This document shows positions 1-12,475 of a stretch of DNA of 64,000 bases, in pieces. The notes under the pieces are model-generated. The model was not told where the DNA came from and did no database searches. It saw only the letters and a program-made list of their open reading frames with translations. Each line of letters starts with the position of its first letter. Position 1 is the first letter of the stretch. The position numbers were made by a program, and so were the translations under genes. Source of the DNA: Dimorphilus gyrociliatus. Lineage: Eukaryota > Animalia > Annelida. Location: NCBI GenBank assembly GCA_904063045.1, contig CAJFCJ010000002.1, positions 4,025,891 through 4,089,890 of the forward strand, given 5' to 3'.

Positions 1-3000
1 AGTAACACTTCTTGGCAGACGATTTTTAATATCCCAAAATACAGCTCTTCCCAAGTTAACATCATGCTTCATGAGTCTCATTCTTGCGTCTCTTGGCCAG
101 CATTTTTTGTTGTTGTATCCAACAATATTTTCATTGTTTGGATCAGGATGTTCAGTCAAGTATCTCTGCACTAAATCTTTAGCTTCGTCAGCAGTAAAGC
201 GGAAAAGCATGTGGATTCTATCTATGTAACGAGAATAGAGACGAATTGGATGGGCATTTTCAATTGACATGTTATGGAAAGTTAAAAAGTCATTGGGCAT
301 TTGAGGGGGACCTGCCATTTCACTGGCTCTTTGTAGCCCAAGTACTAATAAATCCAAAACCAAACCGTAGTATTGACAAATAAATGAGGCAAATTGAAGT
401 CCCCTAATGATACCATATGAATTAGTATGGTTCATATCTTTATAATTGATAACGACATTAGACTTGGCCGTCATATAGTCAGCAATATTATGATCTACGA
501 TCAATCTAAGCAATCTGTTAAGTAGAGTCAAATCCATTTTTTCGTACATTTTGTCAAAAGTGGTTTCCATCATGACATTACACTCTCCTTCATTTGTATC
601 CCAAACATCTTGTAAATTATTGATACCCTGACACCATTTATAGACAAGTGACGGTGGTGGTTCAGAATCAGATGGTTTAACCCATGGAGGAAACAGTCTA
701 CGTTTATCTGCCTCATACCAAAGGTACTGATCGAGGTAAGCATCTGTAATCTTTTCAAGGGGTTCAATATCGTACACTGGTATAACATGAGAGTATAAAT
801 CCATGAATTCTATTCCGACTTCCTTGAAAGTACGTTGAGTTAGCAAGTGTCTTTTAATTCTGGATAAAGCTTCGTGTGGATTATCATAGGCCTGTTCAAT
901 TAGACCTAATTCTTCGCGTTGTGAATGGTTCAATCTAGATTTCACACTGTAAGCTTCCTTTAGTCGCTCCAAAGCTAAAATAAGCAGTTTAGTGTCATGT
1001 TTATAAGACAAGGGAGGAAAGGGAATAGGTGAAAATCTTCTGGATTCAAGCCAGTGAACTGTTGTTGTATATATAGCAACAGCCTCTTCAGCACTAATAT
1101 ATGGACCATCCTTTAGATAGTTATGTTGCCTCTCCTGCTCTGCTTTCAAGAAAAGTCTAGTTAATCTTCCAAGATTCTTCTTGCAGACTGTCTTATCGAC
1201 AGTTGCTCCTCGTCGAATTCTTTCTCGATTGTAGTGAGCTGTATTTGTCCACCAGTCAGCTTTTGCTTTAACATAACGTAAAATCATATTTTCAATGGGT
1301 ATTGGTAATCCTGGAACCTTCCATGGAATGTTAGCTTTCCAGCACCTCCAAGCCTCGGATAAGTGCTGCAAAATTGTTCTAGCCTTATTTTGCTTGATTC
1401 CATCCGGCATCATATCTAAAATATCGTGCATAACAGCTGCACGTAACTCCAAATCAAAGTGAGACTCAACTCTTTGTTTTGTTACAGTTTTCGCTACTCC
1501 TTTCGAGTGTCTTCCTTCAAACTGACGAGAAAGAAGATTACCAAGCCACCTCTCCAACAGAGGAGTAACACCTCTCATAAAAAATAGCCAAACTCTCCAT
1601 CCTGGTGCCCAAAATCCAACACCAGGACCTTTTCCTACACTGCCAGTATTAAAGCGGTAATATATAACATGCTTCAGATCTTTGCACATTCTTATCTGCT
1701 TCATAATTTTGTACTTGTATCTATACATTCCGGTTAATTGTCCGATATGAGCAAATATGTATTGCAGACCATCTGCCAGTTGAAAAGCGTCAATGTTACC
1801 CAATCTATATTGGACATGAGAATCAACAATAAGCTTCGTCAATCTGAGGATCTCACGACACAAGTGAAAGGCATTTCCAAATCTAGACTTCTTTCTCTCT
1901 TTAGTTGTTAAGGTTTTTACTGGCTTCAAGTTGAAATTGAAATCCAAATGAAGATAATTTAAATTTTTTCTGTGAATCAAAAGATTCAGCATGTTATATC
2001 CTTGCTTGCATACTTGTAACCCAGCTTCAACCCAATCAATCGTTGTTTGTTGGAAAAATTTTGTCGATTTAAAAGATCTAAATAAATATCTCTTTTTTTG
2101 GGCTTTAGGGGGACGATGATGCAAAGCATTCAAAACGTAATATTTCAATAGTTTCTGATAGCTAACTCTGACTTTTACTGGCATACCAGTAGGGCAATGC
2201 TCTCTATACCAGCTATTTATCAAAGGGACGTCTATTGCTCGTCTAGTGAAGCAGCTTCGTAGATTGAATGGTCTTGGGGCCCATAAAAGAGCAATTCCAT
2301 TAGCTGTATGATCTGTATATAGTGGTTTTTCTTCTAAAAATGGTTCGAAGTAGTCAGGCATACGAAAGTCGTCATCTTCGTCATCTAGTAACAAGTCAGG
2401 GTCTATCTCCTCACTTTTACCACCTTGACTAGCAATAGGATTAATTAAGGGATCGAAATAGAAAGCTGGTAAATCTGGATCTTCCGTTTTAATAAAAACA
2501 ATGTTTGGTGTATGATACCATGAAAGATGGACGGCAAACGGAACGTCATTATATAAATATGGAAAAGCTATGCGATATTCCGTTCTTATTGGTTGTCTGA
2601 TAATGATCTTATTGATATCGTTAAACTCATTCCAATCATCATCCTGAAGGTCAGCATTCTTTACCAAAGGTTCATACTTTGGGCCTCCAGGTATGGCTAA
2701 GTTCAATGCTTTGGCCGTGAAGAAGCTTTTCATGTCAAACAAGTAAAAATAATTATCGTCAACTAAATCAGTCAATAACTGATTCGCAAGACGATAAACA
2801 GTGGACATTTGAGGTATATCCATATACCACTTGCGATAAGAAGGTCCATTCATTTGCTTAGTGTTAGCCAATGGTTTGTGATCATAAAACCAATCGACAA
2901 CTGATTTGTCTTCCTCCGGGTCTAAATCCATTTGAATTGGCTCCAATGGCTCTTCATCTAATATGTTATCAGCGTAATCAAGCGGGGGTTCTTCATCGTC

Positions 3001-3649
3001 AAACGGAGGAAATCTCATTCTCTATAAGAAACAATAATATATTAATTTATTACTGCGTATAAAATTCAGAACATTACGAAAAATGTATAAGTGAGTGTAC
3101 TACCTTAAAATGTCTTCTATCACGCTTTTCTCGACGCATGATAATCCACATTGTTCCCCATTGAGCTATATAAACCGGTTCGATAACCCAAGGAATCTCA
3201 TTGACAAAAGTTATAGCTCCTGTTATGTGATATAAAACTTTTACGTCTCTGATCTGCTCCCAAGGCATTGGCATGTTTTCCAATAGCTTCAGAACAGCAT
3301 GTGGCATGTATTTCAGTGCTCCTAAATATACTCTCTTATCATGCCTAAATTTTCTATTGGTCATATCTCCATGATCTCTAACAATTTTACGTAAATGCTC
3401 AGGTGGAAGATCTTCCTTTTGAACATCTATATAACCAAATTTCTTCTTTTCTGTATATCGTTTAATCTGGAGCTTTTTCCATTTTAGAGCCTTTTCCTTA
3501 AGTTTCTCTTCACTAGTTGGATCTTCTTTTGCAACAACCCTCCCCTGACCTTGGTGACGAAGGGGCTGTTGTGCTATCGGTTGGATGTGCGGTAACATCA
3601 CATTTGGGACGGGCATCATGAGCCCAGACCCTGGTTGTATCCAAGCCAT
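1..3649 (-). CDS. PRPF8: Pre-mRNA-processing-splicing factor 8, 5' part. Exon 3649-3104, 82-nt intron 3103-3022, exon 3021-<1; continues beyond the window.
   Basis: The ORF gives [24 protein letters not shown]...RRHFK, and splicing at GTAGTA/CTTATAG restores [12 protein letters not shown]. Spot translations further on give [20 protein letters not shown] and, at the window edge, [20 protein letters not shown]. All are diagnostic Prp8 sequence. Confidence 0.98.
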
Positions 3650-4739
3650 TTTTCTCTTAATATTATCGGAGAATTATCATTAATGATTTAAATAATTCAG
3701 CGGCTAAAAGTAGAAAGTTCGGCAGACAACACGCTACCAAAAATTCGTTCAGTAAGCGAACACTGAACGCAAATTTGAGCGATATTAAGTATTTCCGGCG
3801 AATTTACCTTTTGAAGTCTAACTTTTTTTATAAGAGTTATCACTTCACTATCTGGTAAATTTCAAATAACTACAGCGCTCCTATCGGCGAATGTTTCGGA
3901 TATAGAAAAACTATTACAAAAATTTCTTTCGCTAGGAACGCCACTGGTTGCGTGTTTTTGAACTTCTTTTCCTTGCAAACTTAATTTTATATGTTTCAAG
4001 TTTTACTTTTAACCTATTTTAATAAAATCAAAATATTAATAATTTTAGTAATCCACAAAAAACTTAAAATTTAAAATTGAGTGCCGACCTACTATCCATT
4101 CTTGAAAGCCGGTGAAAGAAAGGCGCCATTCTCGTAAATTGCGTATTAACGTTGTTTCCAATAGCTTTTAGACAGCATTGGTTGATATTTCTCTTTATTT
4201 ACATTATCTACTAAAGTAGAAACACCTCAGTGATCCTAATCACTAATAATAAATTAACGAAAGCTAATTTATTATAATATTTACATATTTAGCAAAAGAA
4301 AGCAATTAATAGATAACTTGTATGTAAAAGTAATGTATATTAGTTCAGTTGCCTGGCTTAACGCATTCACTCAGTTGGAAAAAAAAGTTTGCGGAAAATA
4401 TTTTTTCAGGACAGTTAAAAAAGTCCAGGTAGTTTTACCTAATCACCGAAGGAAGGCCAAATTATTAGCATTGAACCCATTTGCTTAAGGAAGTCATAGA
4501 ATCAAAAGTTAGATAATTTACTTTAATACTACTAATGGAAGATGCTAATCATTTGTCAACAATTGTACAGATATCTCCATGGTTGATTAATACATTGATA
4601 AATGGAACAACGATAAGATTAGGGCTTTTAAACGTTGCGAATGCAATATGCAAAGTAAAATATGATCGTTTGTACTAATTTGACACTTTGTATATCAGCT
4701 ACTTATATATATACATAAAACGATGATAAGAAACCTTTT

Positions 4740-6080
4740 TTAGCTAGCGTTTGGTAAGACAATAAATATTACGATAGTTAAAAGTGAAACGAAAATAACG
4801 AATAAATATAAGAAAAAACGATCTAAGACTTTAGCTATAAATTTCCAGTTTAGCGTTTCATGCTTTTTCGTTTTCCTCATGCAATTGACAACAGCTAAAA
4901 AGCAAGTAAAAAATTTAGTAAGTTTTGCTGGTACGTCTGTGCGACGAAGATGCAATCGAACAACGACTATAGTGCAAATAAGCGAAAGGCTCATTAATAT
5001 CATAACTACGACGATATAAACTGCAAGAATTGGTGCTCGGCTTGAATTTTTTGGGAGTAAATCATTAAGTACAATAAGAAAGAAAGAGAAGCTTAATAAG
5101 ACGGTCATTGACATTGAAATTCTTTCTCCACCATCTGGTGGAATTATAAAACTAATTACAGAAATAAATGATAAGAGAATACATGGTATAACGAACACGA
5201 GAAGAAAATATAGAGATTTTCGTTTCATCGTAATATTAACTGTAATCGCGCAATAATTATTTCCTTCATTTTCCGAATTCTGCTCTTTCACCTTTGTTGA
5301 TAATAGGGTCCATTCGGCACTTGATTTAAAATCCCTGCAAACAAATACAACTACAGATTACCTATTTTAGCTTATAAAAAAACCTTTTAATTACTTTAAA
5401 TTTACTTCCTCGGAAGTTGCTTGAATGGTTACTTCTCTACAGCGGTCTGTCCATGAAGAAACTTCAATGTCACAAGATTGAACATCAAAGGGAAAATATA
5501 GCATATTTAACGAACATGAAGTAGTCATTCGTCCACCAGGTGAAAATAGAATGGTACCATTTTCAAATATTTCTGCTCGAAAATGTTCGAAAAATTGCTT
5601 ATTATAGAATTCAATAGCATTATTCCGTTCAACTAGATCTGGCAACCAAATATCAGAAGATGGTAAGGTTATTCTACTGATTCCATAATATTTGGAAGAA
5701 TTCCAACTTAAACACTTGTCCAGCCATTTCCAAGATTGCCAGGCGAATATGCTATGAAATATTAAAACAAATCCGTTTTCTATTATCTCTTAAACCTGTT
5801 ACTCAAAAAGAATTTAAAATAAGTACCTTAATTGTTGATTTCTCGCATCAATATTTTGAATTTCCATCAAATTCAATTCATAAGCAACAATAACAGTTTT
5901 CGAAGTATTTAAAACTGGTCTTGCTCTTTTGTCATAACTTTTCAAAAGATCATGTATAAGTTCACTTTCTGGCTGAAAAAGACGGCTTTTTGAATGTGAA
6001 ATTTCCAAGATGAAAAGTATAAGAAGCAGCCGAATCATTATGGTGTTTCTTACATAATAAGAAATGTTTCTCTCCAACAT
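4740..6080 (-). CDS. Cys-loop ligand-gated ion channel subunit A (nAChR-like, non-alpha), ~401 aa. Exons 6080-5827, 5751-5395, 5334-4740.
   Basis: Signal peptide, YDKRARPV, IWLPDL, Cys-loop CSLNMLYFPFDVQSC, four TM helices with M2 GGERISMSMTVLLSFSFFL and M4 WKFIAKVLDR. Both introns are GT-AG (75 and 60 nt) and keep the frame. The start could be the second ATG at 6038. Confidence 0.93.
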
Positions 6081-6313
6081 TAACGATAAGAATCATTATC
6101 TGCAATAAAAAAAACATTTCTGATAAAGACGTCTGCCTGATTGCTCTGGAAAACTCGATTAACTAAATACTATATTAGCAGTTTCAGAAAAACTCCTATT
6201 TAGTGTCTTATTGCAAGAGTTATTCTTAATATGTCTCATCATGACATTAAAAAGTGAAGAATATTTTCATAACTGTAGGTATGAAATTGAATATGCACAC
6301 TATACAGTATATA

Positions 6314-6318
<5 letters not shown>

Positions 6319-6349
<31 letters not shown>
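6319..6349. repeat. (TA)n microsatellite between the two channel subunit genes
   Basis: Read directly from the sequence. Confidence 0.9.
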
Positions 6350-6352
<3 letters not shown>

Positions 6353-6472
6353 GATATATATATATATTATTATAGTACATATAATTACGGAACTAGAATT
6401 ATGTTTCGCAGTCCAGATTACTCAATATTTATTAAAACAAATCACTTCATAGAATGTACATCTCACTTCACT

Positions 6473-7866
6473 TTACTTTCTGTGTGTTAATATCAAAAAG
6501 AAGACAACAATTGTGACGATTAGTACACATATTGAAAATATAATAATGAAAATTCTGTCAAGTACTTTCCCAACATCCTTCCAGTCAATACCCGTAGCTT
6601 TTTCAGGTGATATTTTTACTTTTACACAAAAAGCCAGATAGCCAGTGATGACTCTTTTAATTAAAGGCGAAACAGGCTTTGAAGAATAGTGGAGTCTAAC
6701 TACTAAAATGGTACATATAAGTGACATGCCCATAAAAGCCATTACCACAACTATATAGATAGCTAATATTGGCGCCTCATCAGAATTTTTCGGTAATAAA
6801 TCATTAAGAACTATTAGAAAGAAAGAAAAACTCAATAACACGGTCATGGACATTGATATTCTTTCGCCCCCTTCTGCTGGTATAGTAAAACTTACTATTG
6901 AAACAAATGACAATAAAATACAAGGTATAACAAAAATTAGAACGAAATATAATGGTTTCCGTTGTAAATTCAAGTTAATTTCAATAGAACAGTACTTTAC
7001 TCCCAGATATAGAATTTGGACATTTTTAATCGATGTTGAAACAAGAGTCCATTCTGCACTTTCTTCATATCGGCTTTACAGTAGTATTCAATTATATAAA
7101 ATTTTTATATATGTTTCTTATACTGTATATAGACTAATTGAAGATTATTCATAATTTAATTGATAAAACTTCAACTGTTAATTTTAAAAATATAAAATTG
7201 GATACTACTCTGTGGCTACTTTTTTGGATAGTGCTTCCATTTTAACTTCTGCGCAGCTTGGCGCCCACACAGACACCAACAATTTACAAGCTTGATAGTC
7301 AAAAGGAAAATATTTCATGTTTAATGGGCATGAGGTTGAGAGTTTACCACCTGGAGTAAATATTACGTTGCCTGTATGCGAAACCTCTGCATTGAAGTAT
7401 TTTAGAGATTCTTCATTATAAAACTTATCGGCTGTGTTTTGAAGAACAAAATCTGGAATCCAGATACTAGCTGTCGGAAGAATGATTCTTTTTATACCAC
7501 CATGTTCTTCACTATTCCAAGCCAGAAATTCGTCTTTCCATTGCATAGGTTGCCATGCAAAGATGCTGATAAATATTTTCAACATAAATAAAAATGCAAG
7601 TCCCAAAAAATTCAAGAAATACTTCACCTCATTCGTTGATTCTTTGGATCAACTTCTTGTATTCCTACAATATCAATATTGTACGTTACTGGAATTGCAG
7701 CAGAAACATTAATAATCGGTCTAGCTCTTTTCTCATAGTTTAATAAAAGCTTGTTAATCAATTTAACTTCTGGAGAGTTTAACGGATTCTCTGAGTGGGA
7801 TACTCTGACGAAGGAAAGGTATGCTACAAAGGCCAGAGTATACATATGAATATTGTGCACTGGCAT
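6473..7866 (-). CDS. Cys-loop ligand-gated ion channel subunit B (nAChR-like, non-alpha), ~398 aa; tandem paralogue of A. Exons 7866-7628, 7565-7209, 7073-6473.
   Basis: YEKRARPI, IWIPDF, Cys-loop CPLNMKYFPFDYQAC, M2 EGGERISMSMTVLLSFSFFL, WKDVGKVLDR. Intron positions and phases match subunit A, and exon 2 is 357 nt in both genes. The second acceptor is an AAG; it is the only nearby acceptor I found that keeps the frame open. Confidence 0.93.
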
Positions 7867-8629
7867 GTTCAGAACGAGAATGAGTATTTGGAATCTAAAA
7901 CTATTCTTTAATGCAAAAGATTCTTATGACTAATTGTCAATAGTTGTACTGAAAACAATACAATTAGAGCAATATATTATTAATATAAATTGAAAAAGAC
8001 CATTTAGCCATCGACTAAGTCATAGCAAATTGAAAAACTGTTATCATGTCAAGTTTATTGATCAGGGTAATGTTAGAAAACGACATATAATCATAAATTT
8101 AAAGTCCTTTTTACGTCACCAAGGTGATGAAGAAAACAGGAAAACTTTCCTTACTGTAAACCTTATTTTATTTTTCTGATAAAGCTTCAGAAACAATAAG
8201 AGCGTATTAGCTAATATTAATTTATGAATGAGTTCGCTAAACTGAGCATAGACGATTATTTATATACGTAATGTAAATGCTAATTTTAGTTCATCATTTT
8301 AAATTATGTATATTGAATTTATATAAAATACAGCTTCTACTAGTAAATTAAGTAATATTTTAGAGGAGATGAATGAATAAACTGATTGATATGTGTTCTA
8401 TCTTTGAAGTAGAATATTAATGGTATAGTAAATAATAACTAAGAACTTTTTAACAAGTACATTTCAATTTAATTGTTGTAGTTTCCATTTGAGAGAACAT
8501 TATTAATATCATTTTCACTTGAAAATATAAAAAATTTAGTTTCCTTTGGATAGATCACTTAGTGAATTTTATTGTTAAAAATATACCTATTTATAGACAA
8601 CTTTTTGTTTATGTTCTTGGAAAACGCCT

Positions 8630-10232
8630 TCAAGTCCATGGGAGAAAATTTGAGAAAGCAGCAATACCAATAAAGAAATAGAACCGAAAATAATAATTAA
8701 GTAGCTTGTATGCTGTGGAATCTTCTTTAACTAAAGAGACAAACCAATAAATTATCGGAGTTGATGAGCAGAGGAATCTTGTTGTTACCTTTTAATACAA
8801 AAAGTTGTTTTAATTATTAATTATTGACATTCTCTAATAAAAAAAACTAACTTGTACATGCATAAATAACACTGCAAAACAAGTTAAAACTAAGCAGTGT
8901 ACAGAATAAACAAAGAGAGGAGATTCAATAATTTGCTTCCATGATCTTCTATTTAATGATTTAAAGTAAGTAAATGAACTGGAAAAAACCAGCAGAAGAA
9001 TTGGACTTGCCAAAAGAAAATTTGGTATTTGCTTAAATTCATAATAATTGAGGAAACCAGCATTATTCCAGTGATTCTTTTGAACGTAAGAATATGGCAA
9101 TTGAAACTTTGAGCAGAATTTTGATTCTCCAGGCAATTTATATTGACGGACTTTAGCATAGTCAATCAATCTATCAGGAATATTTTTGACGGAAGTCTGG
9201 CAAAACATATAGTAGGAATAATACTGGAAAATAAAGAATGGAGCGACTGATACCAAGCATAAAACAATCATCTTTAAAGCACGAACAAAAAACTGGTAAT
9301 CTAAATTTGATTTAATTACAATTCTAAAGTTGTAGTAAACTATAAATCCACAATTTATAATTCCGTTTGATCTGCAATACAACGTAAAAGATAAGTAATC
9401 TGAAAATATAGTATTCATTTGGAACCTGGTCATTGATGAAAGAGCAAAAAATATAGCTGATTTAAATTGAAATCCACCTTCCAAATATCTTAATCCAGTA
9501 AATGTTAATAACGAATAGAGACTTTCACTATAAGGTGCAACAAAAAATATTGTAGCCGGGTTTAAATAGAAGAAAAATACTGCCGATTTAGCTAGTTTTT
9601 CACTTTTCAATATTGTAACTGTAAGATGATAAAGTTGTTTTGCGGCTGTAAAAAGTTTCGAAAGAAAAGCGTAATGAATTCCTTAATAAGGGAAATAATG
9701 TAATATTTTATAAAAGACATTCTATAGAGCATTTCTTTTGAAACTTTCCGAAAATAAAGCAGATTTGGTTGAATATTACTGCAGAGATGAGGTGTGTAAA
9801 TTCTTCTGAAATGATATTTTGAAGAGGAAGGAAAATGGTATTCGATAAGGTTCTAACAATCATTGGAAAGAGAGGGAAGAATGCTATAGTATTTTCATAT
9901 GTATATCCATATTTTGAAATGTGAAGGAAATATATAGCATCCCATCTTCTTAAACCTGATAGAGTTATGTTAACTAATGCATTCCCTGCTCCTGGTTCTT
10001 TTGATGGGGGTGGATTGAAAACATCCGGCTTATGATCAGGTAGAAGATAGTTGAAGATTACCTATGACAAATAGACAATATGCATTTTTCATCTAAAAAA
10101 CATTTTACTATTTTTTCAGTTAGCGTTATTATTTCCTTTAAATATAATACAATTAAAGCAGACCTGTAAAAATAGAGCTGTGACTCTTGAATAAGCTACA
10201 AAATGTAATGTTTTCTTGCAATCCCCGGACAT
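8630..10232 (-). CDS. PIGV: GPI mannosyltransferase 2. Exons 10232-10164, 10061-9749 (or -9719), 9645-9426, 9371-8852, 8788-8630.
   Basis: Reconstructed PDHKPDVF, RWDAIYFLHISKYGY.YE..IAFFPLFP, NPATIFF.APYSESL, RSNG, KQIPNFLLA, VTTRFL and the C-terminal NFLPWT* typical of PIGV. The donor of intron 2 is ambiguous (see findings). Confidence 0.95.
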
Positions 10233-10657
10233 GCCTAACAATCTAGCAGACGACAAATCTATTAGAATCTTGATATGTTAATAGCGAAATAATTTAAAAT
10301 TTTTAGTCAATAAAACTATTCATTAAGATTTTATTACATAATTTATTTACTTGTTAATCTTAAGGAAAGCATTTTCCTTCCTTTAAGCGTAATTGAACTT
10401 TAATAATTAAAGAAAAAATTCTTCATGTACAAATATATATTATCATGAATGAAAACAACAAATTGAATTAATACAATGAAAACATAGTTCAATCAAATGA
10501 AAAATAATTTGTTTTCTTCATCTTATAATATCCGATGAACATCCTAGCTTATGAGTTGTAGAATAGAAGAAGTGCAATAACAAACATAAATATATTTTCA
10601 TAGAGTTTCAATTCAAGTTATTATTCTGGAAACAAAAATGATTAGTCAACTTGAAAA

Positions 10658-11255
10658 TTATCGTCTTGAACTTTCCAGGTAATCTTTAGCTTCGTTGATT
10701 TTTGCCGCCATATAAGGTGAACCACCTATTTTTTTATGATATAAATTTTTTAACATTAGATTGATTAAGGTTATTAGAAAGTACTGTTACCTCTGTCGGG
10801 ATGGTTCAAAAGCATTATTCTTTTGTGGGCATCTTTCAATTTATTTTTAGGTGCAGATGGGCTTACTCCTAAGATCAATCCGGCTTCTCTTTTTGTCATT
10901 TTTGGTTCAAACCCTCCTTTATAATATTTACTAGGCTGTTATTACAAATTAGCGACAATATTATTACATCATAAAGATCTGTCAATAAATATATTTACTT
11001 ACAGCACTGACTGGTAGAGAATCAATCTGGTGCTTAAGAGTTTGTCCAGCCACCTTACCATATCGTAATAGATAACGGCCTATGTTGAATTGTTTCAGTC
11101 ATTAGATAGTATTTCTTAGACTTAATTAACAAAACTTACCAGCAAAACCAACTGTAGCTAATCCTAAACCAACTAAGATCAAGCCACTTGACTATCGCAA
11201 TGAACATGAATGTAAATTAATGGTGATTGATTTAAGTAACATGATTACTAACCAT
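10658..11255 (-). CDS. DNAJC19: Mitochondrial import inner membrane translocase subunit TIM14/PAM18 (J-domain). Exons 11255-11253 (ATG only), 11191-11140, 11079-11003, 10935-10791, 10725-10658.
   Basis: Spliced translation [21 protein letters not shown]...[22 protein letters not shown]...[29 protein letters not shown]. It has the HPD motif and all introns are GT-AG. Missed by the ORF track because the exons are short. Confidence 0.95.
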
Positions 11256-12475
11256 CCCTATCGGCCCGTTGACCTTATTTTCTGTTTCTTCAGTTCGGTC
11301 CAGTGTGACAGATTTATAAATATATTTAAACTTTACTTGAAATTCTCTGTCTTCGTTACGAATGACCTCAACCTCGTGTGATAGCTAAGGAACGGAAGTT
11401 GCATTAGATTTCTTTGTCGTCTGCTTGTAAACTTAACGCCCTCTGTGCGAATTTTAAAGTTGGTATTTTCATTTTATACCCACAAAAAACAAATTTTCAA
11501 ATATAAAAGTAAATATACATATTTTTATAAATTATAATATTATAGGACAATGTTATGATAGGGTATAGGTACTCTAGATTTTAACAGTTAAAGTCCTCAA
11601 GTTTAGATTTATTCGTTACCAAAAGTTGTTGATGATGAATGTAAAATAAATTTATTCCTAAAAGTTATACTTATAAATAAAATAAAGACAAAAGTTCGAT
11701 AAAATTAAAAAATACTGTACTAATTGTTGAAAAAGCAAGATTAAGTTTTTGTACCTATACCGGACACCGAAATTTACCGGTCAACTTTCGATTTTTAGGA
11801 CATTATGGTTGATAGAAACTGAAGGACAGCATGCGTGAAAAGCTGTACCAGTTTTCATTGGAAACTTATTGTTTCAACTAATTTCTGAACGGATTAATCG
11901 ATTGTAGGACAAAGCAATTTTCATTAATATTTTTTGTTGGGAGTTTTGTATTTTAATTATTATTTACACATGATAAATTCTATTAAAAATATTAAAATCT
12001 AGATAAAATATAAGAAAAATATACATTATACAAATTAATGTGAACTATTATTTCATCACAATAAAATAATTAGTCTATGAGGTTTCAAGTTTAAGAGGAG
12101 TGTATTTGAATCCTGTTTTTAAAAGATTTTACACAATTCGAACAATTTATAGATAAATAATTGTAGCTCCGCTGAGAATCTTTCGGTCATGCGCACGTTG
12201 TATTTTTCCATTCTTAATTTAGACATACCTTAACGTGCAGTCACGTTTTACGTAGAATTTGCCGGATTTATCCCAAATTTTGATTAATTGTGTAAGCAAA
12301 GGTAATTAACAATCATTAGAGTTGTAACAATATAATTAATAATCCATTGAAAGTAACTCGTGCTAATCAATACATTGCTTTCAATTACTTGCATCATAAA
12401 CTGTCGGCTAAGGTCACCGTTATACGAAAGTCACAATTTTTACATTTCAACATTTATTTTACAGGAACATCATAA

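Noticed and set aside
1-3021. Possible intein or insertion in Prp8
   Set aside because: Spot translations are colinear with ordinary Prp8 and the exon length fits the expected residue count. The known fungal intein sites lie further downstream, outside the window.
570-3062. Short ORFs 570-788 and 2871-3062, plus other short ORFs overlapping real genes in another frame or strand (e.g. 8953-9165, 12571-12795, 32723-32947, 53298-53894, 61450-62631)
   Set aside because: They are shadows of genuine CDSs, have no recognisable motifs, and many begin at non-ATG codons.
4535-4678. 47-codon plus-strand ORF (MEDANHLSTIVQ...) and a possible micro-exon at ~4410-4428 between PRPF8 and channel subunit A
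   Set aside because: No homology recognised and no coherent spliced model; this length is expected by chance.
9372-9425. 54-nt in-frame, stop-free segment in PIGV read through by the ORF track
   Set aside because: It is an ordinary GT-AG intron: removing it restores the conserved TRSNG motif. There is no evidence of retention.
11816-11853. Small hairpin AAACTG..CAGC..GCTG..CAGTTT in the DNAJC19-PHB1 spacer
   Set aside because: Short stems, and no tRNA, snoRNA or SECIS hallmarks.
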